Source: Candidatus Methylomirabilis sp.
GTDB lineage: Bacteria > Methylomirabilota > Methylomirabilia > Methylomirabilales > JACPAU01
Length of the DNA: 47,148 nucleotides
Reading direction: 5' to 3'
Assembly (NCBI GenBank): GCA_036000645.1
Contig: DASYVA010000062.1
Span: 1 to 47,148 of the forward strand
Below are positions 24,898 to 32,229 of this stretch, piece after piece; within the stretch, counting starts at the first letter, position 1; each line of letters opens with the position of its first letter. Under the pieces are notes generated by a model. That model was not told where the DNA came from and searched no databases. It was given only the letters and a program-made list of their open reading frames with translations. Made by a program: the position numbers and the translations under genes.

Positions 24898-25953
24898 CTA
24901 CGCGGCTCCGACCTCCGCGCGGACGCGGTCGAGGAGCGGCGCGAAGGCGGGATCGCCCGCCGTGAGATCCCGCGCCACGATCTCCACCTCGACACCGCTC
25001 TGCACCCCGAGGCCGAGCGCGATCGCCCGTCGGATCTGGCCCTGGTCCCAGACCCCCTTTCCCACCACGTGATCGGCCTTCCCGTAGTGCTTGAGGATCC
25101 CGAGACCCACCGCGTCCAACGCCACCGGGTCGGTGCCGGCCAGGATGCACCCGGGGCGCACCACGTCGCCGGACCAGGGGCCGCCGCTCGCCATGACCGT
25201 GAGGGCGTCGGCCACGTACAGGCGGGGGTGGACCGCCAGGTTCAGCTCGGCGACCACCTCCTCCCAGGCCGAGCCCCCGTAGGCCCAGGGCTTGTTCCGC
25301 GCGTGGACGACCCCGACCGTGTTCTTCAGGGCGAAGCTGTAGGAGGCCGAGCGGTGCGCCTTCAGGACCGGGACGCTGACGAGCCGCTCCGCCTCGTAGA
25401 CCGCCCGCGCGACGTGAAAGGCCGTGGCGTGGCGGGCCCGAGGCGGCCGGACCTCGACCCAGTCGCCCTCCTCGAGGGCCAGAAGATCGGCCCCGGCGGC
25501 CGCCGCGACGGCCGCCATCCCGGTGGCCTCCAGGTTCGGACGGGTCGGGAGGCTCACGACCGCGGACATGTCTCCCATGCTGAGGCGCGAGGCGCCGGTC
25601 TCCCTCAGCAGGGCGAGGAGCGCCGCCACCACGCGGGGATCGGTCGTTGCGGGCGGCGGCCTGCCGGACACGACGTTCGGCTTCACGAGAACCTGTCGCC
25701 CCCGGCAATCCAGGGCGGCCAGGCCGTCCACCAGGGCGACGGCCTCCCGAACGCCCGCCGCCACGCCGTCGGCGCGGACGATCGCCACGCGCCGTTTCGC
25801 GCCGACGGCGGCAGGCGGTACCGGGCGTGGCGGGACCACCTCCCCGCCGGGGGAGAAGAGAAACTGCCGCAGGACCGCGCGGCACTGGGGGAAGAAGAGC
25901 GCCGAAGCGGCGAGGCCGCCGAGGGCCAGAAGATGGCGGCGGGTCAGCCGCAC
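24898..25953 (-). CDS. DUF362 domain protein with twin-arginine signal
   Basis: GTG 25953 lies 1 nt after the ArsM::ArsN2 stop. The Tat motif is TRRHLLALGGLAASALF. DUF362-like blocks include VLVKPNVV....ATTDPRVV.ALL.LLRE.GA. Confidence 0.75.
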   Translation of the reverse strand: MRLTRRHLLALGGLAASALFFPQCRAVLRQFLFSPGGEVVPPRPVPPAAVGAKRRVAIVRADGVAAGVREAVALVDGLAALDCRGRQVLVKPNVVSGRPPPATTDPRVVAALLALLRETGASRLSMGDMSAVVSLPTRPNLEATGMAAVAAAAGADLLALEEGDWVEVRPPRARHATAFHVARAVYEAERLVSVPVLKAHRSASYSFALKNTVGVVHARNKPWAYGGSAWEEVVAELNLAVHPRLYVADALTVMASGGPWSGDVVRPGCILAGTDPVALDAVGLGILKHYGKADHVVGKGVWDQGQIRRAIALGLGVQSGVEVEIVARDLTAGDPAFAPLLDRVRAEVGAA

Positions 25954-25954
25954 C

Positions 25955-27202
25955 TTACAGGTCCTTCGCCATCAGGGCCGCAGAGGCGGGGCAGCACCCC
26001 GTGAGCTCCGGCGACGAGCGGAGGGCGGCGGGCACCGTCTCGCGCGGCACCCGGGTGAACTCCCAGGCTCGGCAGCGGGCCTCGATCGTCTCCGTGAGGA
26101 GATAGGCCCGCTTGACACCCCTGGCCCGGGCAACTGCCTCCAGCGCGCGGAAGAGGCGCTCGCCGATCCCCCGGTGCCGCGCGTCCGGCCGGACGACCAG
26201 CGAGCGGAAGAGGGCGACCTCGCCGGCCCGCTCCATCCCCACCCCCCCCACCACGGTCCCGGCCTCCTCCGCCACCAGGAAGTCCCCGAGGTGCTCCGCC
26301 ACGCCGGCCGTCGGGAGGCGCGCCTCCTCGAGCAGGGCGAGAATGGCCGGCAGATCCCCCGCCCCGGCCGCCCGGACCGTGGGCCCGTCCGCCCCGCCCG
26401 GTTTGCGCGCGGAGAAGCTCGCACTCCAGACCTTGCCGGCGAGATCCTCCGCCCGAACCCCGGAGGCCGCCCCGCATCCGCACGCCCCCTCCGGCGCCCC
26501 CGCCAGGGCCGCGACCTGTCCGGCCTCGTAGGGGAGGCGGGAGACGACCCGCACGTCCGCGAAGCCCGCCGCCGCGAGCCCGGCCACGTACTGCCCCTCG
26601 CTGATCGCGCCCGCGAGGCAGCTCGACCAGGCCGTGAGATCCGCCCGCACCGGCTCCGGCAAGCCCTCCGCGACCACGTCTGAGATCAGGAGCCGGCCTC
26701 CAGGCCGCAGGACCCGGTGGATCTCCCGAAAGACGGCGGGCTTGTCGGGCGAGAGGTTGATCACGCAGTTGCTGATAATCCAGTCCACCGAGGCATCCGT
26801 CACGGGCAGGCGCTCCGCCTCCCCCAGGCGGAACTCCACGTTGGTCTGTCCCGCCGCGGCGGCGTTCGCTTCGGCCCGCCGGAGCATCTCGGGGGTCATG
26901 TCCACTCCGATGACGCGCCCCGCAGGCCCCACGCGCTCCGCCGCCAACAGGCAGTCGATCCCCGCCCCGGAGCCGATGTCCAGGACCGTCTGCCCCGGCT
27001 CGACGCCGGCGAAGGCCAGGGGGTTGCCGCAGCCGAAGGCGCTCAGGACGGCCTGCGGCGGCAGGTCCTTCAGCTCGTCCACCCCGTACCCCGCCGCCTG
27101 GAACGTCACCGAGGGGGACGAACCACAGCATCCGCTCCCCTCCTGGACCGCCTGCGTGTAGCGCGCCCGGACTGCCGCCTTGATCTCCTCCTCAGTCCTC
27201 AT
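25955..27202 (-). CDS. arsM: fusion protein: arsenite S-adenosylmethionine methyltransferase (ArsM) N-terminal + ArsN2-type GNAT acetyltransferase C-terminal
   Basis: ATG 27202 follows GGGAGGA. ArsM part: the SAM motif VLDIGSGAGID and the conserved cysteines in GCCGS, FGCGNP, SNCVINL and SSCLAGA. ArsN2 part: DLPAILALLEEARLPTAGV, FLVAE, LFRSLVVRPDARHRGIGERL, and CPASAALMAKDL at the C-terminus. It is one uninterrupted ORF. Confidence 0.85.
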   Translation of the reverse strand: MRTEEEIKAAVRARYTQAVQEGSGCCGSSPSVTFQAAGYGVDELKDLPPQAVLSAFGCGNPLAFAGVEPGQTVLDIGSGAGIDCLLAAERVGPAGRVIGVDMTPEMLRRAEANAAAAGQTNVEFRLGEAERLPVTDASVDWIISNCVINLSPDKPAVFREIHRVLRPGGRLLISDVVAEGLPEPVRADLTAWSSCLAGAISEGQYVAGLAAAGFADVRVVSRLPYEAGQVAALAGAPEGACGCGAASGVRAEDLAGKVWSASFSARKPGGADGPTVRAAGAGDLPAILALLEEARLPTAGVAEHLGDFLVAEEAGTVVGGVGMERAGEVALFRSLVVRPDARHRGIGERLFRALEAVARARGVKRAYLLTETIEARCRAWEFTRVPRETVPAALRSSPELTGCCPASAALMAKDL

Positions 27203-27714
27203 CCTGATCCTCCCGCCCGGCGAGTCGCTCCGGGCCCCCCGGAGACCGGGCCACACCCCTCGGGCCCACACCCGTCCTGCCACCGCGTCACGGCCTCGAC
27301 GAGGCCCTCCAGCGTCTTCAGCACCGCCTCCCGCTCCACCCGGGCCAGAGGGGAAAGGAGCGCGCGCTGGGTCTCCACCAACTCCGCCCGGATCCGACCG
27401 AGGAGGCTCCTGCCCCGGGGCGTGATCGCGATCCGAACCTCCCGGCGGTCCCCCGTGCCCCGCCGCCGGCGGGCTAGGCCCTTCCGCTCCAGGGGCTCCA
27501 GGATGCGCGTCACGGTGCTGACCGCCAGGAAGAGGTGCCGGGCCAGGGCCGTGACAGTCAGCTCGCCGCCGTCCGTCAGGGCATCCAGGGCGTAGCACTG
27601 GGTCACGGAGAGCCCGTGGCAGCAGATGGCGTTCCGGTCGCGGAACTGGTAGCGCCGCGACAGCTCCTTCGTGATCCGGTGCATCCGTTCGGCCGCGGCC
27701 GTGACCTCGTCCAT
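27199..27714 (-). CDS. MarR family transcriptional regulator, cysteine-rich
   Basis: ATG 27714 follows GAGGGGG. The wHTH is LSVTQCYALDALTDGGELTVTALARHLFLAVSTVTRILEPLERKGLARR. Its stop overlaps the arsM start (ATGA type). Confidence 0.85.
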   Translation of the reverse strand: MDEVTAAAERMHRITKELSRRYQFRDRNAICCHGLSVTQCYALDALTDGGELTVTALARHLFLAVSTVTRILEPLERKGLARRRRGTGDRREVRIAITPRGRSLLGRIRAELVETQRALLSPLARVEREAVLKTLEGLVEAVTRWQDGCGPEGCGPVSGGPGATRRAGGSG

Positions 27715-27723
27715 AGCCCCCTC

Positions 27724-27754
27724 AGAGATTAGTTGTATCTTACAAGTAATCTCT
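27724..27754. promoter_or_regulatory. AT-rich palindromic operator candidate in the marR-arsM promoter region
   Basis: AGAGATTAGTTGTA-tct-TACAAGTAATCTCT has 14-nt arms with 13/14 complementarity. It lies 10 nt upstream of the MarR ATG (27714) and 13 nt downstream of a minus-strand CCTTGACAC (-35, 27772-27767). Confidence 0.5.
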
Positions 27755-27893
27755 CCCACCCCCCGGTGTCAAGGAAAATCTCGGGGAGCCGTGGAGGGGA
27801 GCCGGTGGGTTTCAGCGAGCAGGGATGATCACGCCCGCTCCAGGCCGTCGCCGGAGGGGGGGAGCCGTCAGGGCCGGCAAGGCGAGGCCACCC

Positions 27894-28190
27894 TCAATCC
27901 CCATCCCTGCCCCGCTCCCAGCGGCGGCGGGCGTAGTAGCACCGATCGCAGAATCCGCGCCGGGGATCCTCAGCGTCAATCCACATGTCGAGCGCCGGGA
28001 ACAGTTCTCGACATCCCTGGCAGGGAAGGCGGTCTTGCCGCTCCCGGGTCGGGCGGGCCGGGGCCACGACGCTCCGGGGAAGGACCGGCTGGACGAGGAC
28101 GCGGCCGTCCGCCAGGGTGCGGACCGCCAGGGTCTGGCTTCCCCAGCGGACGACGTACGCGCGCCCCGGGCGCCCCCGCATCCTGGTCAT
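27894..28190 (-). CDS. small zinc-ribbon protein (hypothetical, 98 aa)
   Basis: ATG 28190 lies 2 nt after the phosphatase stop. The motif is CQGC-x22-CDRC. The reading frame is G/C3-rich. Confidence 0.5.
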   Translation of the reverse strand: MTRMRGRPGRAYVVRWGSQTLAVRTLADGRVLVQPVLPRSVVAPARPTRERQDRLPCQGCRELFPALDMWIDAEDPRRGFCDRCYYARRRWERGRDGD

Positions 28191-28192
28191 GC

Positions 28193-28846
28193 CTAGAAGA
28201 AGCCCCGGCCGAGCCCCCGAACCTGGATGAGCTCCCGGTCCGGCAGCTTCAGGCAAGTCAGCTTGCCCCCGTACACGCAGCCGGTGTCGATCCCGATCCG
28301 GTCCTCCCGCATCAGGACCTCCCGCATCGGGGTATGGCCGAAGACGACCGGCTTCTCAAAGCGGCCAATGAAGTGGAAGAACTCGTGCCGGATCCAGACC
28401 AGGTCCTCCAGGGTCTGCCGGTCCAGGGGGACCAGCGGCCGGATCCCCGCATGCACGAAGAGGAAGTCCGGTGTGTCGTAGTAGGGGCGGAGGTTCTTGA
28501 AGAAGGTGAGATGGGCTTCCGGAATGACGGGCGACTCCCCATAGGACCGGAGGGTCTCCTCCCCCCCGTTGAGGAGATAGAGGGCCTCCTGCTTTCCTTC
28601 CAGGTAGTCCAGCAGCATCTTCTCGTGGTTCCCGATCAGGAAGGTGGTCCGCCCCGGCAGCTCCCGCACCAGCTCCACCACCTCCCGAGACTGGGGCCCC
28701 CGGTCGATGTAATCGCCGATGAAGACCAGCTCGTCCGCGGAGCCGGGCCCGATCTTGTCCAGGAGGCGCTGCAGCGGGATGAGACACCCGTGCACGTCCC
28801 CGATGACATAGCGGGTCCCACCCGCTGCGCTCCCCTCGCTCATCAT
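28193..28846 (-). CDS. PPP-family serine/threonine protein phosphatase (PrpA/ApaH-like metallophosphoesterase)
   Basis: Motifs: GDVHGC, GDYIDRGP, GNHE, VHAG, GHTP. Confidence 0.9.
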   Translation of the reverse strand: MMSEGSAAGGTRYVIGDVHGCLIPLQRLLDKIGPGSADELVFIGDYIDRGPQSREVVELVRELPGRTTFLIGNHEKMLLDYLEGKQEALYLLNGGEETLRSYGESPVIPEAHLTFFKNLRPYYDTPDFLFVHAGIRPLVPLDRQTLEDLVWIRHEFFHFIGRFEKPVVFGHTPMREVLMREDRIGIDTGCVYGGKLTCLKLPDRELIQVRGLGRGFF

Positions 28847-28884
28847 CCCTCCCGCGGGCCCCGCGCCGGCGCCCGTGCCGCCCT

Positions 28885-28914
28885 ACTCTACGGGAAACGT
28901 CGGAGAGGGGTCAA
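28885..28914 (-). promoter_or_regulatory. putative promoter of the phosphatase / zinc-ribbon operon
   Basis: On the minus strand: TTGACC (28914-28909), 18 nt spacer, TAGAGT (28890-28885), about 39 nt upstream of ATG 28846. Confidence 0.45.
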
Positions 28915-28994
28915 GGCGAGCGGGAGCTGGCGGCAGAAAAAGCACACCCCGGCGGGGCTCCCCCCGCCGGGGTGTGCGCGTGGTCCTTCCGCAA

Positions 28995-29201
28995 TCAGGC
29001 GGTCTTGGCGACGTTGGCGGCCTGCTTGCCCTTCGGCCCGTCCACGACGTCGAACTCCACCTGCTGGCCTTCGCTCAGCGTCTTGAAGCCCTCGCCCTGG
29101 ATCGCCGAGTAGTGGACGAAGACATCCGGCCCATCACTGCGCGAGATGAAGCCGTAGCCCTTCGCGTCGTTGAACCACTTCACGGTTCCCGTGCTGCGCA
29201 C
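28995..29201 (-). CDS. cspA: cold-shock protein (CspA family)
   Basis: GTG 29201 follows GGAAGGGGGGGAGAG. The product has [15 protein letters not shown]...DVFVHYSAI. Length is 68 aa. Confidence 0.95.
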   Translation of the reverse strand: MRSTGTVKWFNDAKGYGFISRSDGPDVFVHYSAIQGEGFKTLSEGQQVEFDVVDGPKGKQAANVAKTA

Positions 29202-29288
29202 TGCGCTCTCCCCCCCTTCCTGTCTGGAACTGTCGGGGTCCTGTGGCCCCGAGCTGGCCCGGCCCCTGTGCGGACCGGTTCGACCCAC

Positions 29289-29330
29289 AAAAAAAACCGC
29301 AAGAGCGTCAAGGTGCCCGGCTCTTGCGGT
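29289..29330 (-). terminator. intrinsic terminator hairpin + U8 between the MFS gene and cspA, inside the predicted cspA leader
   Basis: An 11-bp stem (ACCGCAAGAGC 29296-29306 / GCTCTTGCGGT 29320-29330) with a 13-nt loop is followed on the minus strand by eight T (29296-29289). It lies 87 nt upstream of GTG 29201 and downstream of the TTGACA at 29412. Confidence 0.6.
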
Positions 29331-29382
29331 CTCGCCGTACCCTTCCTCTGCTCCTGTCGAAGTTGCGACCAAAACAGCCGAG

Positions 29383-29412
29383 AAAGTAGAGCAGCCGGGG
29401 GGAAGCTGTCAA
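29383..29412 (-). promoter_or_regulatory. putative cspA promoter
   Basis: On the minus strand: TTGACA (29412-29407), 18 nt spacer, TACTTT (29388-29383). No better box pair exists between the hairpin and the start codon. Confidence 0.4.
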
Positions 29413-29471
29413 GCAGATTCTTTGCCCGGCCAGGATTCCCGCGGCGGCGCCCGGGACGCCCGGCAGACCTG

Positions 29472-30680
29472 CTACCGACGCGGCGCCCCTCCGGCGGGCC
29501 GGGGGAGCCGGAGGGGGGCGACCCGCTCGAGGAGCATCGCCAGGCACGCCCCCCCCAGCAGGACCAGCGCGAAGAAGGTAAAGCAGGCCTTGAGGCCGAA
29601 CGCCTCGGCGACCCAGCCGCCCAGGACCGCCGAGAGGGAGGCGATCCCCTCGTTCACCCCGAAGATCACCCCCATGGTGGTGCTCTGGAGACCCTGGCGG
29701 CTCAGTTCCGTCGCCTCGGCGTGGATGACCGGGCGCACCGCCAGCAGAACGAACCCCAGGAGGCCGCTGACCAGGAAGGCTCCCGCCGGCGAGGCCACCC
29801 GGGTCATGACCAGCGTGAGGAGCCCACCCGCGGCGAGGAGGAGGGAGAGAATGAGGGTCCGCCCGTGCCGGTCCGAGAGGCGCCCGGCCACCGGCTGGGA
29901 GAGAACTCCCAGGCCGTAGAAGACGGAGACCAGAAGCCCCGTTGCCCCGGACCCCAGACCCAGGACCTGGGCGGCGAAGAGCGGGATGAAGACCACGATC
30001 CCCTTCTGCCCCATGATCCGGAAGGTGGAGGTCAGGAGGAGGAGGAGCAGCGGCCGATTCTGGAGAATCCCGACCCGGAAGTTCCCGGCCAGTTCCCGGA
30101 GGCTCCACGGCCGCGGCGCCCGCTCGGGGAGGACCACGAACACCGCAACCGCGACCAGGAGGCCCGGGAGCGCCACGAGCTGGATCGCCTGGCGCCAGCC
30201 CATGTAGAGGGCCGCGACCCCGGTCACGAGGGGGTAGAGGCTCATCCCGAGGCTCCCCCCCACCCCGTGGCAGCCGATCGCGAAGCCCCGCTGGTCGGCA
30301 AACTCTTCTGCCAGGATCGCCACCGCCTGGGGGTGGTGGGTGCTCGCCCCCACCCCGGCCAGCACCATCAGGACGAGGATGCTGAGGTACCCTTGGGCCT
30401 GGCCGAAGGCGACGAAGGCGGCCGCCGAGAGCCCCAGCCCGGCCGCGAAGAAGATCCGGTTCTTCCCGCTCAGGTCGGAGAGGAGGGCGAGGGGGAGCTG
30501 GAGGACCGAAGAGGTGAGATTGTAGACGGCGACCAGGACACCGGCCTGCAGGGCGCCCAGGCCCAGCTCCCCCATCACCAGGGGGAGCAGGGGGAGGAAG
30601 AAGACTGCCCCCCCGTCGGTCGCCCCGTGGGCTGCCGTGATGGCGGTGAGCTTCAGGCCCCTGCTCGCGTTCCGGGTCAT
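29472..30680 (-). CDS. MFS transporter (12-TMS type)
   Basis: The 402-aa polytopic protein has the loop motifs LSDLSGKNR and GRLSDRHGR. Confidence 0.9.
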   Translation of the reverse strand: MTRNASRGLKLTAITAAHGATDGGAVFFLPLLPLVMGELGLGALQAGVLVAVYNLTSSVLQLPLALLSDLSGKNRIFFAAGLGLSAAAFVAFGQAQGYLSILVLMVLAGVGASTHHPQAVAILAEEFADQRGFAIGCHGVGGSLGMSLYPLVTGVAALYMGWRQAIQLVALPGLLVAVAVFVVLPERAPRPWSLRELAGNFRVGILQNRPLLLLLLTSTFRIMGQKGIVVFIPLFAAQVLGLGSGATGLLVSVFYGLGVLSQPVAGRLSDRHGRTLILSLLLAAGGLLTLVMTRVASPAGAFLVSGLLGFVLLAVRPVIHAEATELSRQGLQSTTMGVIFGVNEGIASLSAVLGGWVAEAFGLKACFTFFALVLLGGACLAMLLERVAPLRLPRPAGGAPRR

Positions 30681-30701
30681 CGCCCCCCGGGGCCCCGCGC
30701 G

Positions 30702-31496
30702 CTAATAGGTGACGCCGCGGGTGGCCCCACCGTCCACCGCGATGGTCGTCCCGGTCACGTAGGAGGCCCGCTCCGAGGCCAGGAAGGTGACCATGGCCGC
30801 CACCTCCTCCGGTTCGGCGATCCGCCCGAGCGGCATCCGGGCGCCTTCTTCCCGGATGGCCACCTCCAGGCTCTTCCCCTCGGCAGCCGCCCGCGCTGCG
30901 ACCCGCTTTTCCCAGCGGGAGGTGCGGGTGGTGCTGGGGTGCACGGCCGTGACCAGGATGTTGTGCGGCGCGCCCAGGTCCGCCAGGGCCTTGGTGAAGT
31001 TCACGATCGCAGCGTTGCCCGTCCCGCCCGTCATGAAGGTCGGCACGGGGTTGCGGGCGGCGACGCCGACGATATTGATAATCCGCCCCCACCGCTGTCG
31101 TTGCATGTGGGAGAAGACCTCCCGGCTCAGGCGGATGGTGGCGAAGAGCTTCCCGTTCCAGTCGGCCCAGTACTGCTCGTCCGGAACGGTGAGGAAGTCC
31201 CCCCGCTGCGTGCTGCCGGCGTTGTTGACCAGAATGTCCACGCGCCCGAAGGTCGCCACCGTCCGGGCTGCCACCGTCCGGACCCCGTCACCCTGGGCCA
31301 AGTCGGCCACCACGGCCAACACCTCGGCGCCCGTCTCCGCCCGGATCCGCCCGGCCGCCTCCTCCAGGGTGGTCGCGGTCCGGGCGCAGATGCTGAGGCG
31401 TGTCCCCTCCAGGGCCAACGCGCGGGCGATGGCCAGGCCGATCCCCTGGCTCGCCCCCGTCACCAGTGCCACCTTCCCCTTCAGGCCGAGATCCAT
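30702..31496 (-). CDS. SDR-fold protein lacking the Ser-Tyr-Lys catalytic residues
   Basis: ATG 31496. TGASQGIGLA and NNAG are present. An ungapped alignment to the SDR at 12710-13507 gives S->G, Y->G and K->N (NIVGVAARNPVPTFMTGGTGNAAIV versus NIASIAGQLGAATSPPYSVSKGGVI). Confidence 0.85.
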   Translation of the reverse strand: MDLGLKGKVALVTGASQGIGLAIARALALEGTRLSICARTATTLEEAAGRIRAETGAEVLAVVADLAQGDGVRTVAARTVATFGRVDILVNNAGSTQRGDFLTVPDEQYWADWNGKLFATIRLSREVFSHMQRQRWGRIINIVGVAARNPVPTFMTGGTGNAAIVNFTKALADLGAPHNILVTAVHPSTTRTSRWEKRVAARAAAEGKSLEVAIREEGARMPLGRIAEPEEVAAMVTFLASERASYVTGTTIAVDGGATRGVTY

Positions 31497-31506
31497 CCGG
31501 TCTCCT

Positions 31507-32208
31507 TCACGCGAAGAGGGGGAGCGGGTCCTCCAGGCGCAGCGCGTCCTGGACGTAGAAGGCCTGGCCATACTTCGCGCCGATGAGCGCCCCGTAGTAC
31601 CCGGCGGTAGCCTCGAGGCGACTCGGGAAGAAGGGAGGGCGGTCGGTCCGGTTGAATTGGGAGGCGTGCGCGCGCATCGCCTCGATCGCCTCGGGGAACT
31701 CCTCGTCCACCGGGACGATGAAGGTGGGGCGGAAGTAGGGGGCCAGGAAGTAGTAGAAGACCTTCTTGACGACGTGGGGCTTCCCCTGGGCCGGGAACTT
31801 CTCCAGGTGGGCGAAGTTCGCGGCGTGGCTCGCCAGGTGACCGCCCGTGATGTGGTCGGCGTGGCCGCGGCCCCGGCCCGGCTCCAGGCCGTAGTAGGGG
31901 GCGAGGACCACCGCCGGCCGGTACTTCCGGATCAGGGAGGCCACGGCCACGCGATTGTCGAAGGAGTCCTCGAGGCGCGTGTCCCCCAGGTTCAGGATCT
32001 CGAAGGCGTCCACCTTGAGGCCGGCCGCGGCCTCCGCCGCCTCCTTCCGCCGCTGGTCGGGGGTCCCGCTCCCCATGTCCCCCTCCGTCAGGCAGAGGAT
32101 TCCGGTCCGATGGCCCCGCTTCTTCATCTTCAGGAGGAATGCCCCGGTCCCGATCTCGGCGTCGTCGGGATGGGCCCCAATGCTCAGGAAGTCCAGCGCT
32201 GTCGGCAT
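31507..32208 (-). CDS. PIG-L/LmbE family deacetylase
   Basis: Motifs: IGAHPDDAEIG, and HADH further on. Length is 233 aa. Confidence 0.85.
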   Translation of the reverse strand: MPTALDFLSIGAHPDDAEIGTGAFLLKMKKRGHRTGILCLTEGDMGSGTPDQRRKEAAEAAAGLKVDAFEILNLGDTRLEDSFDNRVAVASLIRKYRPAVVLAPYYGLEPGRGRGHADHITGGHLASHAANFAHLEKFPAQGKPHVVKKVFYYFLAPYFRPTFIVPVDEEFPEAIEAMRAHASQFNRTDRPPFFPSRLEATAGYYGALIGAKYGQAFYVQDALRLEDPLPLFA

Positions 32209-32229
32209 CCGCGCTCTCCTCGATGGGGG

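Noticed and set aside
25955-27598. The full 547-aa track ORF taken as the ArsM fusion gene. Similar N-terminal extensions occur in the track for 6217-7656, 3672-4655, 12710-13873, 33754-35316, 36845-38065, 38997-40361, 43463-44599 and 44185-45354.
   Set aside because: The extra N-terminal parts are Arg/Gly/Pro-rich, overlap the upstream genes, and precede an internal start with a strong SD where the recognisable protein family begins.
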